A DNA stretch of 63,483 nucleotides from Chiloscyllium plagiosum (lineage: Eukaryota), in the NCBI RefSeq assembly GCF_004010195.1, contig NC_057720.1:2503002-2566484 (forward strand), given 5' to 3'. The number at the start of each line of letters is the position of its first letter. The stretch's first letter is position 1. The position numbers were made by a program, and so were the translations under genes. This document shows positions 47,001-60,039 of the stretch, piece after piece. The notes beneath the pieces were generated by a model, which was not told the DNA's origin, searched no databases, and saw only the letters and a program-made list of their open reading frames with translations.

Positions 47001-47879
47001 GAAACAAAAACTCAGGATGTGTCATTGTGTTAAAGAAAGAAAATTACAAATCTAGGAGCAATAATACAAAAGAAAAAGGTGCAATCAAAAGACTCCACCC
47101 AGTGATGAGTATAAAAACCACCCGAGTTTATTTATGGTTTACATTTCTGCTTGAAGTAGTTTTCACAATCACAGATCTGCCATGAACCAGTGCAGGTGAA
47201 CAGTACAATTAAGTGAATTTGTTGCTTTTAAAATCGATTCAGAAATCTTTCTTGATGTGTTTAAGAATGGAATTCCAGCACAGTTTGATTTAATGAAGCT
47301 GAAGTGGACTTAACACCAGAACACACATTCACAAGGATGTGCCAAACTGGAGGCCACAGGTCACAAATAAATCCATTTGGGAAGTCAGGACAAACTGGTC
47401 GAGATGGATAATACGATTTGCTTAGAGAGGAGCTGGAGAAAAACGCAGAGGGAGAAAGGAATAACAGATTATGGTGACAGGATATGGTGAAGAGGAAATT
47501 ATAAGGATGTTTGGAACTGGCATGTGATCCTGCTGGGATCTTCTTTGGTCGATGTTTTGCCATGAACCCTCCCTCTATTACCCTACTAAGAAAGAGGCTT
47601 TCTAGTGTGAACTGGTGAAGGATTAACTGCAGTGAAGTTTTCAGCAGGAGGGGCATGACCCTGAGTAACAAGAGATAGTTTATTACATAACAGTAAGATA
47701 GCAGGTTACATTAGCTTAGTACCTGGGGGTTCAAGTTCATAGCTCCTTAAAAGTGGAGTTGCAGGTAGACAGCATAATGAAGAAGGTGTTTGGTACACTG
47801 GCCTTTCTTGGTCAACGCACTGAGTATAGGTGCTGGGAGGTCGTGTTGCAGCTGTACAGAACATTGGTTAGGTCTTGTT

Positions 47880-48552
47880 TGCTGTCGCACAGTGGCAGGG
47901 ACCCGGGTTTGATTCCAGCCTCAGGCACAAACGGGGAGTTTGCACATTCTCCCCGTGTCTGTGTGGGTTTCCTCTGGGTGCTCCAGTTTCCTTCCATAGT
48001 CCAATGATGTGCAGGTCAGGTGAATTGGACATGCTAAATTGCCCGTAGTGTTCGGTGTAGGTTCGGTGCCTTAGTTAGAACATAGAACATAGAACATTTC
48101 AGCGCAGTACAGGCCCTTCGGCCCTCGATGTTGCGCTGCCCTGTCATACTAATCTGAAGTCCATCCCATCTACACTATTCCATGTCCGTCCATATGCCTG
48201 TCCAATGACGACTTAAATGCACTTAAATTTGGCAAATCTACTACCGTTGCAGGCAAAGCATTCCATACCCTTACTACTCTCTGAGTAAAGAAACTACCTC
48301 TGACATCTGTCTTATACCTATCTCCCCTCACTTTAAAGTTGTGTCCCCTTGTGTTTGCTGTCCCCATACTTGGAAAAAGGTTCTCCCTATCACCCTATCT
48401 AACCCTATGATTATCTTGTCTTAGTGGGGAATGTAGAGTAATAGGGGAACGGGTCTGGGTGGGTTACTCTTCGGAGAGTTGGTGTGGACTTGCTGTGCCA
48501 AAGGGTCTGTTTCTACACTGTAGGGATTCTATTCTAATTCTAATTTTAATTC
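47880..48552 (+). mobile_element. HE1 SINE, itself interrupted at 48076-48420
   Basis: HE1 body before and after the insert; (attcta)n tail. Confidence 0.82.
48076..48420 (-). mobile_element. CR1 LINE 3' end with (TTCTATG)n tail
   Basis: ORF 48170-48367 NTRGHNFKVRGDRYKTDVRGSFFTQRVVRVWNALP; flanked by cttagt on both sides. Confidence 0.88.
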
Positions 48553-48651
48553 TTGCTTGGAATACTGCATGCAATTCTGGTCTCCCTGTTATAGGAAAGA
48601 TGAGAAACTTGAAAGGATTCAAAAAGATTTACAAAGATATTGTTGGGTTTG

Positions 48652-48785
48652 GGAGAAGGAGAGGACTGCAGATGCTAGTGATCAGAGTCAAAAAGTGTGG
48701 TGCTGGAAAAGCACAGCTGGTCAGGCAGCATCTGAGGAGCAGGAGAGTCAACGTTTCAGGCACAAGCTCGACATTCCTGATGAAT
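48652..48785 (-). mobile_element. PLE family A insertion
   Basis: gaggactgcagatgctagtgatcagag...gagagtcaacgtttcaggcacaagc, then attcctgatgaa. Confidence 0.8.
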
Positions 48786-48844
48786 AAACAATGTCTTTCT
48801 CCACAGGGTCGGGGAGTTCAAAGCCAGTGGGCATAGGTGTAGTG

Positions 48845-49690
48845 TTGAATTGAAATGAATTGAATTGAATTGAATTTATTGTCACGTGTACTGAGGCACA
48901 GTGAAAAGCTTTGTCTTGCGAGCAATACAGACAGGTCACAGAGTTAAGTAGCATAGATAGTTAATAATAGGTAAACAGTGGCAAAAACAAAAACACAGGT
49001 ACAGGTGAATGCAAAGAGTTTGTGAGGCCATTCAGTATTCTAACAACAGTCAGGTAGAAACTGTTGCGAAACCGGCTGGTGCGTGTGTTCAGGCTTCTGT
49101 ACCTTCTCCCAGATGGTAGAGATTGTAGAAAAACATTGCCAGGGTGGGATGGATCTTTGAGAATGCTGGCGGCCTTTCCTTGACAGTGGGCCTGGTAGAT
49201 GGATTCTATAGATGGGAGGTTGGCCTTTGTGATTGTCTGGGCTGAGTTCACCACTCTCTGTAACTGTCTCCAATCTTGAATGGTACAGTTGCCATACCAG
49301 GTAGTGATACATCCAGACAGAATGCTCTTGATGGCGCACCTATAAAAGTTGGCAAGGGTATTCACCATCATGCCAAATTTCCTCAGCTGCCTAAGAAGAA
49401 GAGATATTGTCGGGCCTTTGTAACCAATGTGTCCACATGAAGAATCCAAGAAAGCTTGTTGTGGATGACCTGTCCCAGGAGCTTGACACTTTCCACTCAT
49501 TCCACCTCTGTGCTGTTAATGTATAGAGGGGCATGAGTAACATCCTGCCAAAAGTCAATAATGAGTTCCTTGGTTTTGCCGGCATTGAGAGCTGGGTTGT
49601 TCTCAGTGCACCATTTTTCCAGGTCTTCCATCTCCCGTCTATAGTCTGTTTCGTCGCCATCTGAGATTCGACCGACTATTGTAGTGTCAT
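48845..49690 (-). mobile_element. Rex1/Babar LINE 3' end
   Basis: DTTIVGRISDGDETDYRREMEDL..KTKELIIDF; LRQLRKFG..LANFYRCAIKSILSGCITTWYGN...DPSHPG..LPSGRRYRS..RTSRFRNSF; (CAATT)n tail. Confidence 0.9.
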
Positions 49691-50165
49691 AAAAGGGACG
49701 TAAGGGGCAACATTTTCACACAGAGGGTGGTGCATGTATGGAATAAGCTGCCTAAGATAGTGGAGGAGGCTGGTATAATTACAGCATCTAAAAAGCATCT
49801 GGGTGGGGACATGAATAGGAAGGGTTTAGAGGGATATGGGCCAAATGCTGGCAAATAGGACTAAATTAATTTAGGATATCTGGTTAGCATGGACAAGTTG
49901 CATGCAACGCTATGACTCTATGATTAGATAACCATATGAACACCAGATAACAGACATTTTTAATAACTGATGTGAGGAAAAACATTTTCACACCAAGTAA
50001 TTAAGGTTTGGAAATGTGGTGGAAAGGCAGATTCAATTGAGGCATTCAAGAGGGCATTGGATGGTTATTTAAATAGAAATATGAGCTACGGGGAAAAGGC
50101 AGGAGATTGGCACTAGGTTATGAAGCTTGTTTGAAGACCTAGTGGTGGCATGATGGGCTGAATGG

Positions 50166-50231
50166 TGCTGCGCTTTTCCAGCAACACATTTCCAGCTCTG
50201 ATCTCCAGCATCTGCAGACCTCACTTTCTCC
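50166..50231 (+). mobile_element. 66-bp PLE family A fragment flanked by a 158-bp direct duplication
   Basis: 50008-50165 and 50232-50389 differ at about 3 positions. Confidence 0.9.
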
Positions 50232-51923
50232 TTGGAAATGTGGTGGAAAGGTAGATTCAATTGAGGCATTCAAGAGGGCATTGGATGGTTATTTAAATAG
50301 AAATATGAGCTACGGGAAAAAGGGAGGAGATTGGCACTAGGTTATGAAGCTTGTTTGAAGACCTAGTGGTGGCATGATGGGCTGAATGGCCTCCTGTCCC
50401 ATAACAATTCTGTGATTCTGACCTCTGACCTCTGACCTCTGGTGCAGCTCTGATTTTAATTGCTGAACCAAATGGGCCGATAAGTTTTGAAATTCCCTTC
50501 CTAAATATCTTCACCTCTGTTATTTCAAAAATGTTTTTACATCCATATAATTGTTCAAATCGTGAACCTCTTCCGATTATATGGAAATAAAAGAGATTAG
50601 CAATCATGTATTGTCATTCAATTGAATGTCTTTGGAGCTGGTTATAACTAGTTTTATTTTCTGTAAACATGGTCTTGTTTAGGTGGTTGGATGCTGTGTC
50701 TGCACTGTGTAGGTTTGGGCTTCTAAGGATATGGAGACAGTGTGGGGAAAGTGGCGTGGAGTTTGACTTGTGCCAGGATTTGATTGAGTGATAGAGCAGG
50801 CTCAATGGGCAGAGTTGGTTGCTCTTGCTGCTGTGTTCTGCATACCGTCAGTGGTGAATTGGTGCACTGTCCAGGCAGTGTTTTGCCAGTTTCTGTTGAA
50901 GTTGTAGAATTGTGTGAGATATTGCAAATGCTGCATCACCAGTTGAATCTGCAGTCTCACCAGTTAGAGCATTGGCTGCCAATGCTATTGGTTGTCCCTC
51001 TGATCTGCTTCCTGAGCTTTTATTAGAAGCATTTCCCCCAGAGTAGCAGCTTTCTCTCTTTCGCACTTCTTGTAAAGCTGTAGGCCAAGGGGCCTAGTCT
51101 TGTTTCCTATTTTAACGTTCATAAATAATTTTGCCATGTTGTATCTCAGTCAGTCAGTCCTGGATCCCCTCTCTGACCCAGGTTTTGGGAAGGTCCATAT
51201 GGAAATCTGTGATACCACAGAGGTTCTGGGAGGAGTTATTGTAAACTGTAAAATATAAAGATCATAGAGAACCATGTGCCAGCTGTCTAAATTAGTCTGG
51301 ATGCAACTAGATACATCGACTCTATTTTCAAGCGAACTTCGCATAACCCTTCAACCCGTTACTAATTAAAAACCTGTCCATCTCCTTAAATTTGCTCAAC
51401 GTCCCAGCATCCACTGCACTCTGAGGTAATGAATTTGACACATTCATGACCCTTTGAGAGAAGTAATTCCTCCTCATCTCTGTTTTAAATCTGCAGCCCC
51501 TTTACCTAAAACTATGCCCTCTCATTGTAGATTGCTCAAATGGCAACATTCATTTTACATGCACATTGTAACTTGAAGCTATTGACAGAAATCACTCTCA
51601 TAATCTGTTCTTGGTGAGTGTTGGAAGGATTTGAAGATGGTGCTCATCCTGTTTTGGCCATGTTTTGAACACACCTTCGTTGACCACCAACCCCTCGAGA
51701 TGGGCTCAAACCCTGAGCTTCTGGACTCAAAGGAACAGACACTATCCACTGCCCATACGACCTCCTACAACAGCTTTGACATCAGCATACAAAAGGGAAG
51801 GAACTAGATATTGGAAAAGCAAAAAAAGTCTATGTGTTGTAGAAGGAGTGGAGGAAATAGGCAGATAGACTTGAATCTTCTAATGGCCCCCTCCTATTCT
51901 GAGTAAGACTTGTACAAGAAAAT

Positions 51924-52084
51924 AGCAGTTCAGGCAGCATCCGAGGAGCAGTACAATCGATGTTTCAGGCAAAAGCCCTTCATCAGGAATTCCTGCTCCT
52001 CGGATGCTGCCTGAACTGCTGTGCTTTTCCAGCACCATTCGAATCTAGACTCTGGTTTCCAGCATCTGCAGTCCTTGCTTTTAC
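51924..52084. mobile_element. PLE family A fold-back insertion
   Basis: Arms joined at catcaggaattcctgctcc; TSD cttgtacaagaaaat at 51909-51923 and 52085-52099. Confidence 0.9.
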
Positions 52085-53869
52085 CTTGTACAAGAAAATG
52101 GTCAGTCTTATGAAATATAAGCTGATGTGATGTGATTTTCTAAATGTTAGTCCATGTAAGATATGCCATGTAAGAAGATTCAGATTCGTACTGAATCAGA
52201 TACTTAGTTATGTTGTAGCCATTATAGACTGACTGCTTAACTGCTTCTTTAATATATAGAGGGTAACACGCAGTGTATACTTTTGTACTTTAGTCTCACA
52301 TGTCATGATGTCCTTCATTAGCCTTAAAGCTATAATATCTTTCTGACATCTTTACAATATTACAACCCAAAGAGACATATGGTCTGGGAATTATAGCAAG
52401 TACAATTGTTTGATAGCTTCACAGTGGAAGGTGAAAATATCTTTTAGAATTAAAACTTGGAATGGGGCCATCACCAAACAAGTTAACATTTATTTCCCAG
52501 ACAATTAGTGTATGCTTCCTGTATCTATTAATTATCATTCTTTTCAGTAAATACGACACACAGATTTCTCATTAAGATAGCCTTGAAAAATTATAAATTG
52601 CTTCCAAATGTTAAAATCCCACTGCATTGCTTCATAATAAATGTTAATTGCCTTGTGGACTGTTTAAATCCCAGAGGATTCCAATCGAACTGAAATATCT
52701 GGGAGGTTGTTGCCGGATATTCCTTCACTGTCACTGGGTCAAACTCCAGTTCCTCCTGAACAGCACCATGGGTGTCCCTGCGCCACACAGACTATGGCAG
52801 CTGCAGACAGTGCCTCACCACTGCCTTTTCCAGGGCAGTTAGGGACGGGCAATAAATGCTGGTGTGGCCAGCCACACCCACAATCGCTGAAACAGTCTTT
52901 AAAAAATGTTGGTGTGACATATATGTCTGATTAAATTTTACTTCTAATGTATCTTTGAGTGCATGTTGGCCATGTTGAGGTTCAAAAAATTGTAGTTACC
53001 CTTTAGTTAATAGTTTAACTAATATTTAATCATACTGAGCCAGCACTAATGACCCGTCCCCTGAGTGGTGCACTGCCTTCCTGAACTGCTGCAGTCCATG
53101 TTCTGTACATTGATCCACAATGCCCTTAGGGAGGGAATTCCAGGATTTGGACCCAGCGACACAAAAGGAACCATGACGTATTTCTTGACGAGGATGGTGA
53201 GTGGCTCGGAGGGGAACTTGCAGGTGGTGGTGTCCTGCCACAGGCTGGGATTCCTGTTTGAAACTGCATTTTGCCCCTGTCTAGACACATCCAGCCAGCC
53301 CGGTGTTCTGTGAAAACACCTGATTTCACAAAATTTAAGTGAATGTCTCATTGCAACCTCAAAACTGAGGGTTTCTGGTCAAACAGTGACGTTCCACTCA
53401 TGGCCAAGACCAACACGCCTGCCTTAAACAACAACAATCTGCATTTATGTACCACCGTCAAGATTGCCCCAGAACACTTTACCAGAGTGTAAAAGAAACA
53501 AAATTTGACATGGAACCATACAAGGGGAAATTGAGTGAGGTGAACAAAGGTATAGTCGAAGGATTAAATTTTAATAAGTGAGGTAAAGTAGGTGAAAGAG
53601 GTTAGAGAGAATAGAAGAGTCTTAAGGAGGGTACACCAAGATAGAGATGAACTTCTTGAGTGTTTCTGAGTTATAACCATCTTGGCACATTCCAGACATG
53701 GCTTGTAGATGGTGGACAGGCTTTGGGCAGACAGGAAATGAGTTATTGTCACAAAATTCTTGAAACGTTAACTCTGTTTCTTCTGCACAGATGCTGCCAG
53801 ACCTGCTGAGTTTCTCCACCACTTTCTTTTTGCATTTCACATAAAATAAGGTTGTTTATAGGATCTTAT

Positions 53870-54750
53870 TGTGCACAAACCAGAATATTTTCTCAATGAA
53901 GAAAGACCTTGGAAATCTGAAGCACAAAGGGATGTATAGACAAAAGACAATAGGTGCAGGAGTAGGCCATTCTGCCCTTCGAGCCAGCGCCATCATTCAT
54001 TATGATCATGGCTGATCATCCTTAATCAGTATCGTGTTCCTGCCTTATCCCCATAACCCTTGATTCCACTATCCTTAAGAGCTCTATCCAACTCATGGGA
54101 GTCCATGAATGCAATGTTAGTATTCATTTTGAGAGGGTTAGAATAAAGAGGAGAGATATATAGCCTCAGCAGCACAAGGCTCTGGTCAGACAGCATTTGG
54201 AATATTGTGAGCAGTTTTAGGCCCTGTATCTAAGGAAGGATTTGCAGGTGTTGGGGGAGGTGGGGAATTCAGAGGAGGTTTACACGAATGATCCCAGGAA
54301 TGAAGAGCTTGTCATATGAGGAATGGTTGAGGACTCTGGGTCTGCACTCCTCGGAGTTTAGAAGAAAGAGAGGGGAAATGTGATTGATTGAAACTTACAG
54401 AATAATGAGAGGCCTCAATAGAGTGAATTTGGAGAAGATGTTTCCACCCATCGGAGAGACTAGTACCCAAAGGAGCAGCTTAAGAGTGAAGGGTCGACCC
54501 TTTGGAACTGAGGTGAGGAGGAACTTCTTCAGCCAGAGGGTGGGGAATCTGAGGAACTCATTGCTGCAGAGGGCTGTAGAGGCCAAGTCATTGATTGTCA
54601 TTAAGACAGAGATAGATAGGTTCCTGATTGATAAGGAGATCAAGAGTTACAAGGAGAAGACTGAAGAATGGGCCATGATAAAATGGTGGAGCAGAATCCA
54701 TGGGCCGAATGGCCAAATTCCACCCCTATATATTATTGCCTTATAGTTCC
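53870..54750 (+). mobile_element. CR1 LINE 3' fragment with a nested minus-strand CR1 tail
   Basis: ORF 54384-54746 IETYRIMRGLNRVNLEKMFP..RRNFFSQRVGNLRNSL. Confidence 0.85.
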
Positions 54751-55907
54751 CACTTCAGAGTGTCTCACCTGCTCTCATTGTCTGATGTTGGGTGTGAGGG
54801 AACATGCCCTTGTGCGAGAACTGTTTAGGGTTAGGCACTTGGAAATGGAGGGTACTCAATGTGTTTTTTCCTGAGTGAAGGAGTCTATGCCAGAAATTGT
54901 TTTTGAAAAGCACTGACTAATGGAGTTAGTGGTGAATGTAGAGAGTTAGAAGATAGAAAAGATTGTGATGTTGACTCCTGGAATTTTAATAAAACAAACA
55001 TGCAGTCCAAACAGGAAATCTAATTCTGCCATAACAGGAAGTTCACCCTGGTTACTTTATTTAAACCTTTTGACATCAAAAAGAACATCAGGGAAAAAGA
55101 ATAACTTCATGGGGTGCTTTGAAAAGTGAAAGTTTATATTAAGCAGGGAAGTAGCAAAATGGCCAATAAAAGCAAAACTGCAAATGATAACAATTGAAGC
55201 TAAAGGCTTTTGGCTCACAATTTGCTGCTGCAACATTAAATATTGTGTAGCATTGGAAACTAAAGAAGAAAGACAGACAGGTGCTATCCACCAGATATAC
55301 ACTAGATATACACAATATATACACCATAGCAGATGATATACAAACCATATATACAGTGCATATGTACACCACATATTTCATTTACTCTGTAAATGATGCT
55401 ATGCTGTCTCTATCCTGGGACTATTTTGATGAAGGCTGGTACAATTACAACATTTAAAAGGCATCTGGATGGGTATATGAACAGGAAGGTTCAGAGGACT
55501 ATGGACCAAATGCTGGCAAATGTGATTAGGATAATTTATGATATCTGGTTGGCAGTGGGCAAGTTGCACCAAAGAGCCTGTTTTCATGCTGTACATGCTG
55601 TCCATGACTGTGTATTTACATTGTACATATACTGTATGCACCACATATAACAGCAGCCAATCAATATATGCACAGCAAGATCTCATAAACAATACAGGAA
55701 TGACCAGGTTATTTGATAAATAGGCACCATGACAACACGTAGAACACTCCAGTTTGTCTAAAAATAGTGTCACATGATCAACTACATCCCCCTGAAGAGA
55801 GTGGATGGAGCCTGAGTTAAATGTTCAATGGCAGACCTGTCAAGTTTCCTCTGGTCGGACAGGCTAGGGGCTCGCGGGCACAGCCTTGGAGTGGAATGTC
55901 AGGGTCA

Positions 55908-56080
55908 CCTCTGACAGTGCAGCACTCCCTCAGCACTCACTGTCCAACAGTGTGGCACTCCCTCAGCACTCACCCTCCAACGGTATGGCACTCCTTCAGC
56001 ACTCACCCTCTGATGGTGCGGCACTCCCTCAGCACTGACCCTCCGACGGTGTGGCACTCCCTCAACACTGACTCTCTGAT
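55908..56080. repeat. 33-bp minisatellite, about 5 copies, same unit as 38232-39250
   Basis: ctctgacagtgcagcactccctcagcactcac units downstream of a DeuSINE-like segment (55650-55830). Confidence 0.9.
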
Positions 56081-58114
56081 GCTTGGGTATCTGCTGCAGT
56101 GTGTGCTGTGGGTCATGTGTGACTACTGTGGTCAGTTTAGTGTTGGCATGGAGGCAGCTGTGGTTTGGAAGGTTTCCAACTGGACAGTATCTCCCTTGAA
56201 CGACAGTCGCCTCTGGTATTTTCACCACTGTACCTCGCTCCTGAGGAACATTAGGAAACTGTTACGACAGTAGTTGTATTATTGAATTGAAATGGTGGGA
56301 TTCATGCCTGTGCCCTCATACTGTTAGTGTGGGGTCTGGAATCCTCATCTCTGTGACACCACATCTCTGACGTCTGCTATCAGTTATGGCTTTTTGCTCT
56401 TGTGACTGTGACATTGCTTTGTTTTTTTTGGGAAGTGTTTTTGAAAGTAGACAAGAACTACTGCTGTTCAGTGGCAGCATCATTTTGACAATCTTGCTGT
56501 CTTATTCCCTGTGAGTAATTCTCCGTGACTTCAACAAATCTGCCCCGAAGGAGAGAGAGCAACTTTACACACTTCCTGTCACAACCTTTGGCAATTAAAT
56601 TTTACTTTCTCAGGAATTTTCTGTTAATTTAACCAGACATGGCAGTGCCTCAAACCCTGCACCTGTGTTGAGCAGTAATTTAGTGACTCCCTCCCTTCTT
56701 TATGTTTGTATGTAACATATAATTATATGGTGTTTACTGAACCTGGCACAACATTAGCAATTTAGCTGCTATGTTGAAAATAGAACAGCACATTTGACGA
56801 AAATATCTTTCCCCATTGCTGGGTGGAGTCCCTGTTCTCAAGCTTCAAATGAAATTTCACATCATTTCAAATTGAGAGGTTGGAATATTTTCTGCTGAGC
56901 CACAAGCCAATCAGGCAGTGTGGTGGTCACCTATTAACACTTCCTTACTTAGGAATCAAGACCCTGGTGGCACAAGTCCTGCTTTTTTGAGAGCTGCCAT
57001 CGCAGGGTAGAGGCTGTTGCAGGAAAGTCATCCACTGGAATCCCAGGAAGGGGCAAAGTTCTGGGACATGAGTAAGTAACTACCTTCATTATGGGTGACC
57101 CTAATACCCCATGGACTGCAATGGTTCAAGTAGCAACTCACCATCACCTTCTCCAGGGCAATTAGAGACGGCCAGTGACACCAGGTGCAATGAGCGAATG
57201 CTTCAAGAGCACTGCCAGGGGTGAGTGCAATGGGCAGAGGGGGTGCAGAGGAGTCAACATCAAGGGCAGTGCTGTAGCTCTCAGCTGGACCCTGGCCCCA
57301 TCCGTCCAGATGTCCAACCCCTCTAACAGGCACTGACTGCCTTCACAGAGGTGACATGCTTCCTTCTGTTGTCACATAGCAACAGGAATGACATCGGCTG
57401 GCTTAAGCCCAACAGCTACACAATCAGATGCCTGATTGGTCATTAATTGTATTTAGCATTTATTGGTGACAGGGTGGAAAATTCAATTATGCAAATATCA
57501 CAGAATTGTTACGGTGCAGAAAGAGGCCATTCAGCCCATCATACCTGCACTTTTTCTATTACCTAATGCCAATGTCCTGTGTCTTCCTGATATTTCTGCA
57601 CACTATTACTATCCAAAATACCATCCTCTCGAATACCTCAGTTGAACTTGCCACCACCACATTTCCAAGCAGGGCATTCCACACCCTAACCACTCGCTGG
57701 GTGAAAGATATTTTTCTCACATCAGCCTTCCTTCATTCACACATCACTTTAAATCTATGGCCTCTTGTCTTGTTTCTTTTATGAGTGGGGACAGTTCCTC
57801 TCTATCCATAACATTCAGCCCACTCATGCTTTCGAAAACCTCTCTCAAATTTCCCTTAACCCTTCTTTCCAAAGAGAAGAGTCCAAAATTCTTCAACCTA
57901 TCCCCAGAACTGAAGTTTCTCATTCCTGAAACAATTCTTGTAAATTGCTTTTATCTGTTCCAAATTCCCTTTTTTCTTTCTTATAATCATCCCCTGGGTT
58001 GATGGTAATGTTAAGTTTGTCAGTCTTGCAAGTGGTGTCTGTGATTTTTCTGAGCACATATATTGGGGACAATTGTATCACTGAAGATGTGGAATGAGCT
58101 GTTAGACTGAGTAG

Positions 58115-58258
58115 GAGGACTGCAGATGCTGGAGATCAGAGCTTAAAAATGTGTTGCTGGAAAAGCGCAGCAGGTCAGGCAGCATCCAAGGAGAAGGAGA
58201 ATCGACATTTCGGGCATAAGCCTGAAGAAGGGCTTATGCCCGAAACGTTGATTCTCTT
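58115..58258. mobile_element. PLE family A fold-back insertion with hammerhead core
   Basis: ctgaaga-a-gggc-ttat-gccc-gaaa-cgtt; TSD tgttagactgagtag at 58100-58114 and 58259-58273. Confidence 0.9.
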
Positions 58259-58551
58259 TGTTAGACTGAGTAGTCAACAAACTCCTTCCACAAAGAAAGA
58301 TGTTTTGGTTTCTGTCTCATCAACTAGACTGGATCCAGATTGACAGATCATTGGTTTCCTGCTCAGACCTTAACAGTGTGACCTCTGGGGTAGACCACCT
58401 CCAAAAATTCTCCAGTCCAATGAACACATTTCCTCTTATATTAGTCACATCAATTTTTATAACTAACTCCTGTACTAAAGTTCTCTAATATACTTTTATT
58501 ACTTTGGTATTAGGTACACCATCCACTCTCACTACCAAGGCTCAGTAGTTG

Positions 58552-58840
58552 TGGGCGGCACGATGGCTCAATGCTTAGCACTGCTGCCTCACAGGGCCAG
58601 GGACCCGGGTTCAATTCCCACCTCAAGGCAACTGTCTGTGTGGAGTTTGTACATTCTCCCTGTGTCTGCGTGGGTTTCCTCCCACACTCTAATAATGTGC
58701 AGGTTAGGTGAATTGGCCATGCTAAATTACCCATAGTGTTAGGTGTGGGGGAATGGGTCTGGGTGGGTTGCTCTTCAGAGGTTCGGTGTGGACTTGTTGG
58801 GCCGAAGCGCCTGTTTCCACACTGTAGGGAATTTAATCTA
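58552..58840 (+). mobile_element. HE1 SINE
   Basis: gggcggcacgatggctcaatgcttagcactgctgcctcacagg...cacactgtagggaatttaatct. Confidence 0.9.
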
Positions 58841-60039
58841 AACCTTCTCAGCAGCAGTGTATACTCTCTGCAAGGTGCACGGCAGAAATTAATCAAGGAT
58901 CCTCTAACAGCACCTTCCAATACTGAGGACTTATTAATGCCTTTGATCATCTCAATTGAACACCTCAACTGGACCCTTTCTTAACCTCCTAATTAATATC
59001 TCACATGTGAGGGCTTTTGTGGTGCAGTAGTAGTATCACTGCTTCTGGACCAGGAGGACCATGTTCAAGTTCCTACGTGCTCCAGAGTGATGACATAGTA
59101 TCTCTGAACAGGTTGATTTGAAACTATCCATAAAGTCTCATTTTCAACCTCAAATATCCCTTACTACTTGCAAGAAATTCACATTCTCACTGGAAAAACA
59201 TTTAATCAAAATATTCAAAACAATCATAACATACATGTAGACCTATTATTTACTCTAATTATGGGACAGTGCAGCAAGTGCAGGGCATGGCTTAATTGGA
59301 TAATAATTTCAGTGAATGGGCACAGCCAGATGGGGGTAAATGGCTACATTCAGTGCTAACCTGATCTCTGATTGCAATTAGAGACAGAGACCACAAACTC
59401 TACTAACCGAGCATGGCAGAATTACATGGTGTATTGAAAGACAAGAGCTATTTAACAAGTGTACAATCCGACTAACCTGCGCAACATTTATAGAACTGTA
59501 TAGTCCAATGACCTGTTTCTTAACAAAAAAAGCTTACTTAATTACTGTTTATGTGCAGAATCCTGAAGTAAGACTAACCCAGTACTTATAGAACCAAATA
59601 ACTTATACCCATGTTTAAAAATAAACTACACACTTTATTAATATAGTTTAACCATGTGTTGTACTGAAAATATTTTTATTAATTCATGGGACATGGGCAT
59701 CGTTGGTTAGATCAATGTTTATTACCCTTGAGAAGACAGTGGGGAGCTGCAGTCCATGTGCTGTAGCTTTGCCCACTATGCTATGAGGGGTAGCGGGGGC
59801 GGTGGGGGGGGTGGGGTTAGTTCCAGGATTTTGATCCGGGAACAGCAATATATTTCCAAATCAGGATGTTGAATACCTTAGAGGGGAACTTGCAGGGGGT
59901 GGTATTCTCATGTATTTGCTGCCCTTGTTCTTCTAGAACGTAGAGGGCTGCTATAGAAGATGATTTGGGGGGATTTGGAAGATACTAAGGTGGGGAACTA
60001 AAGGCTTAGCAGAAGGAATAGGGTTTAATCAAGGGCAAG

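Larger units (their letters stand above)
47720..49922 (+). mobile_element. HER1/CR1 LINE 3' fragment hosting four nested insertions
   Basis: QVHSSLKVELQVD..LYRTLVR (47730-47872), continuing at 48555, 48790 and 49690 to the ctatgactctatga tail. Confidence 0.85.

Noticed and set aside
50848..51066. 72-aa minus ORF faintly resembling an RTE-type LINE linker
   Set aside because: Similarity too weak to call
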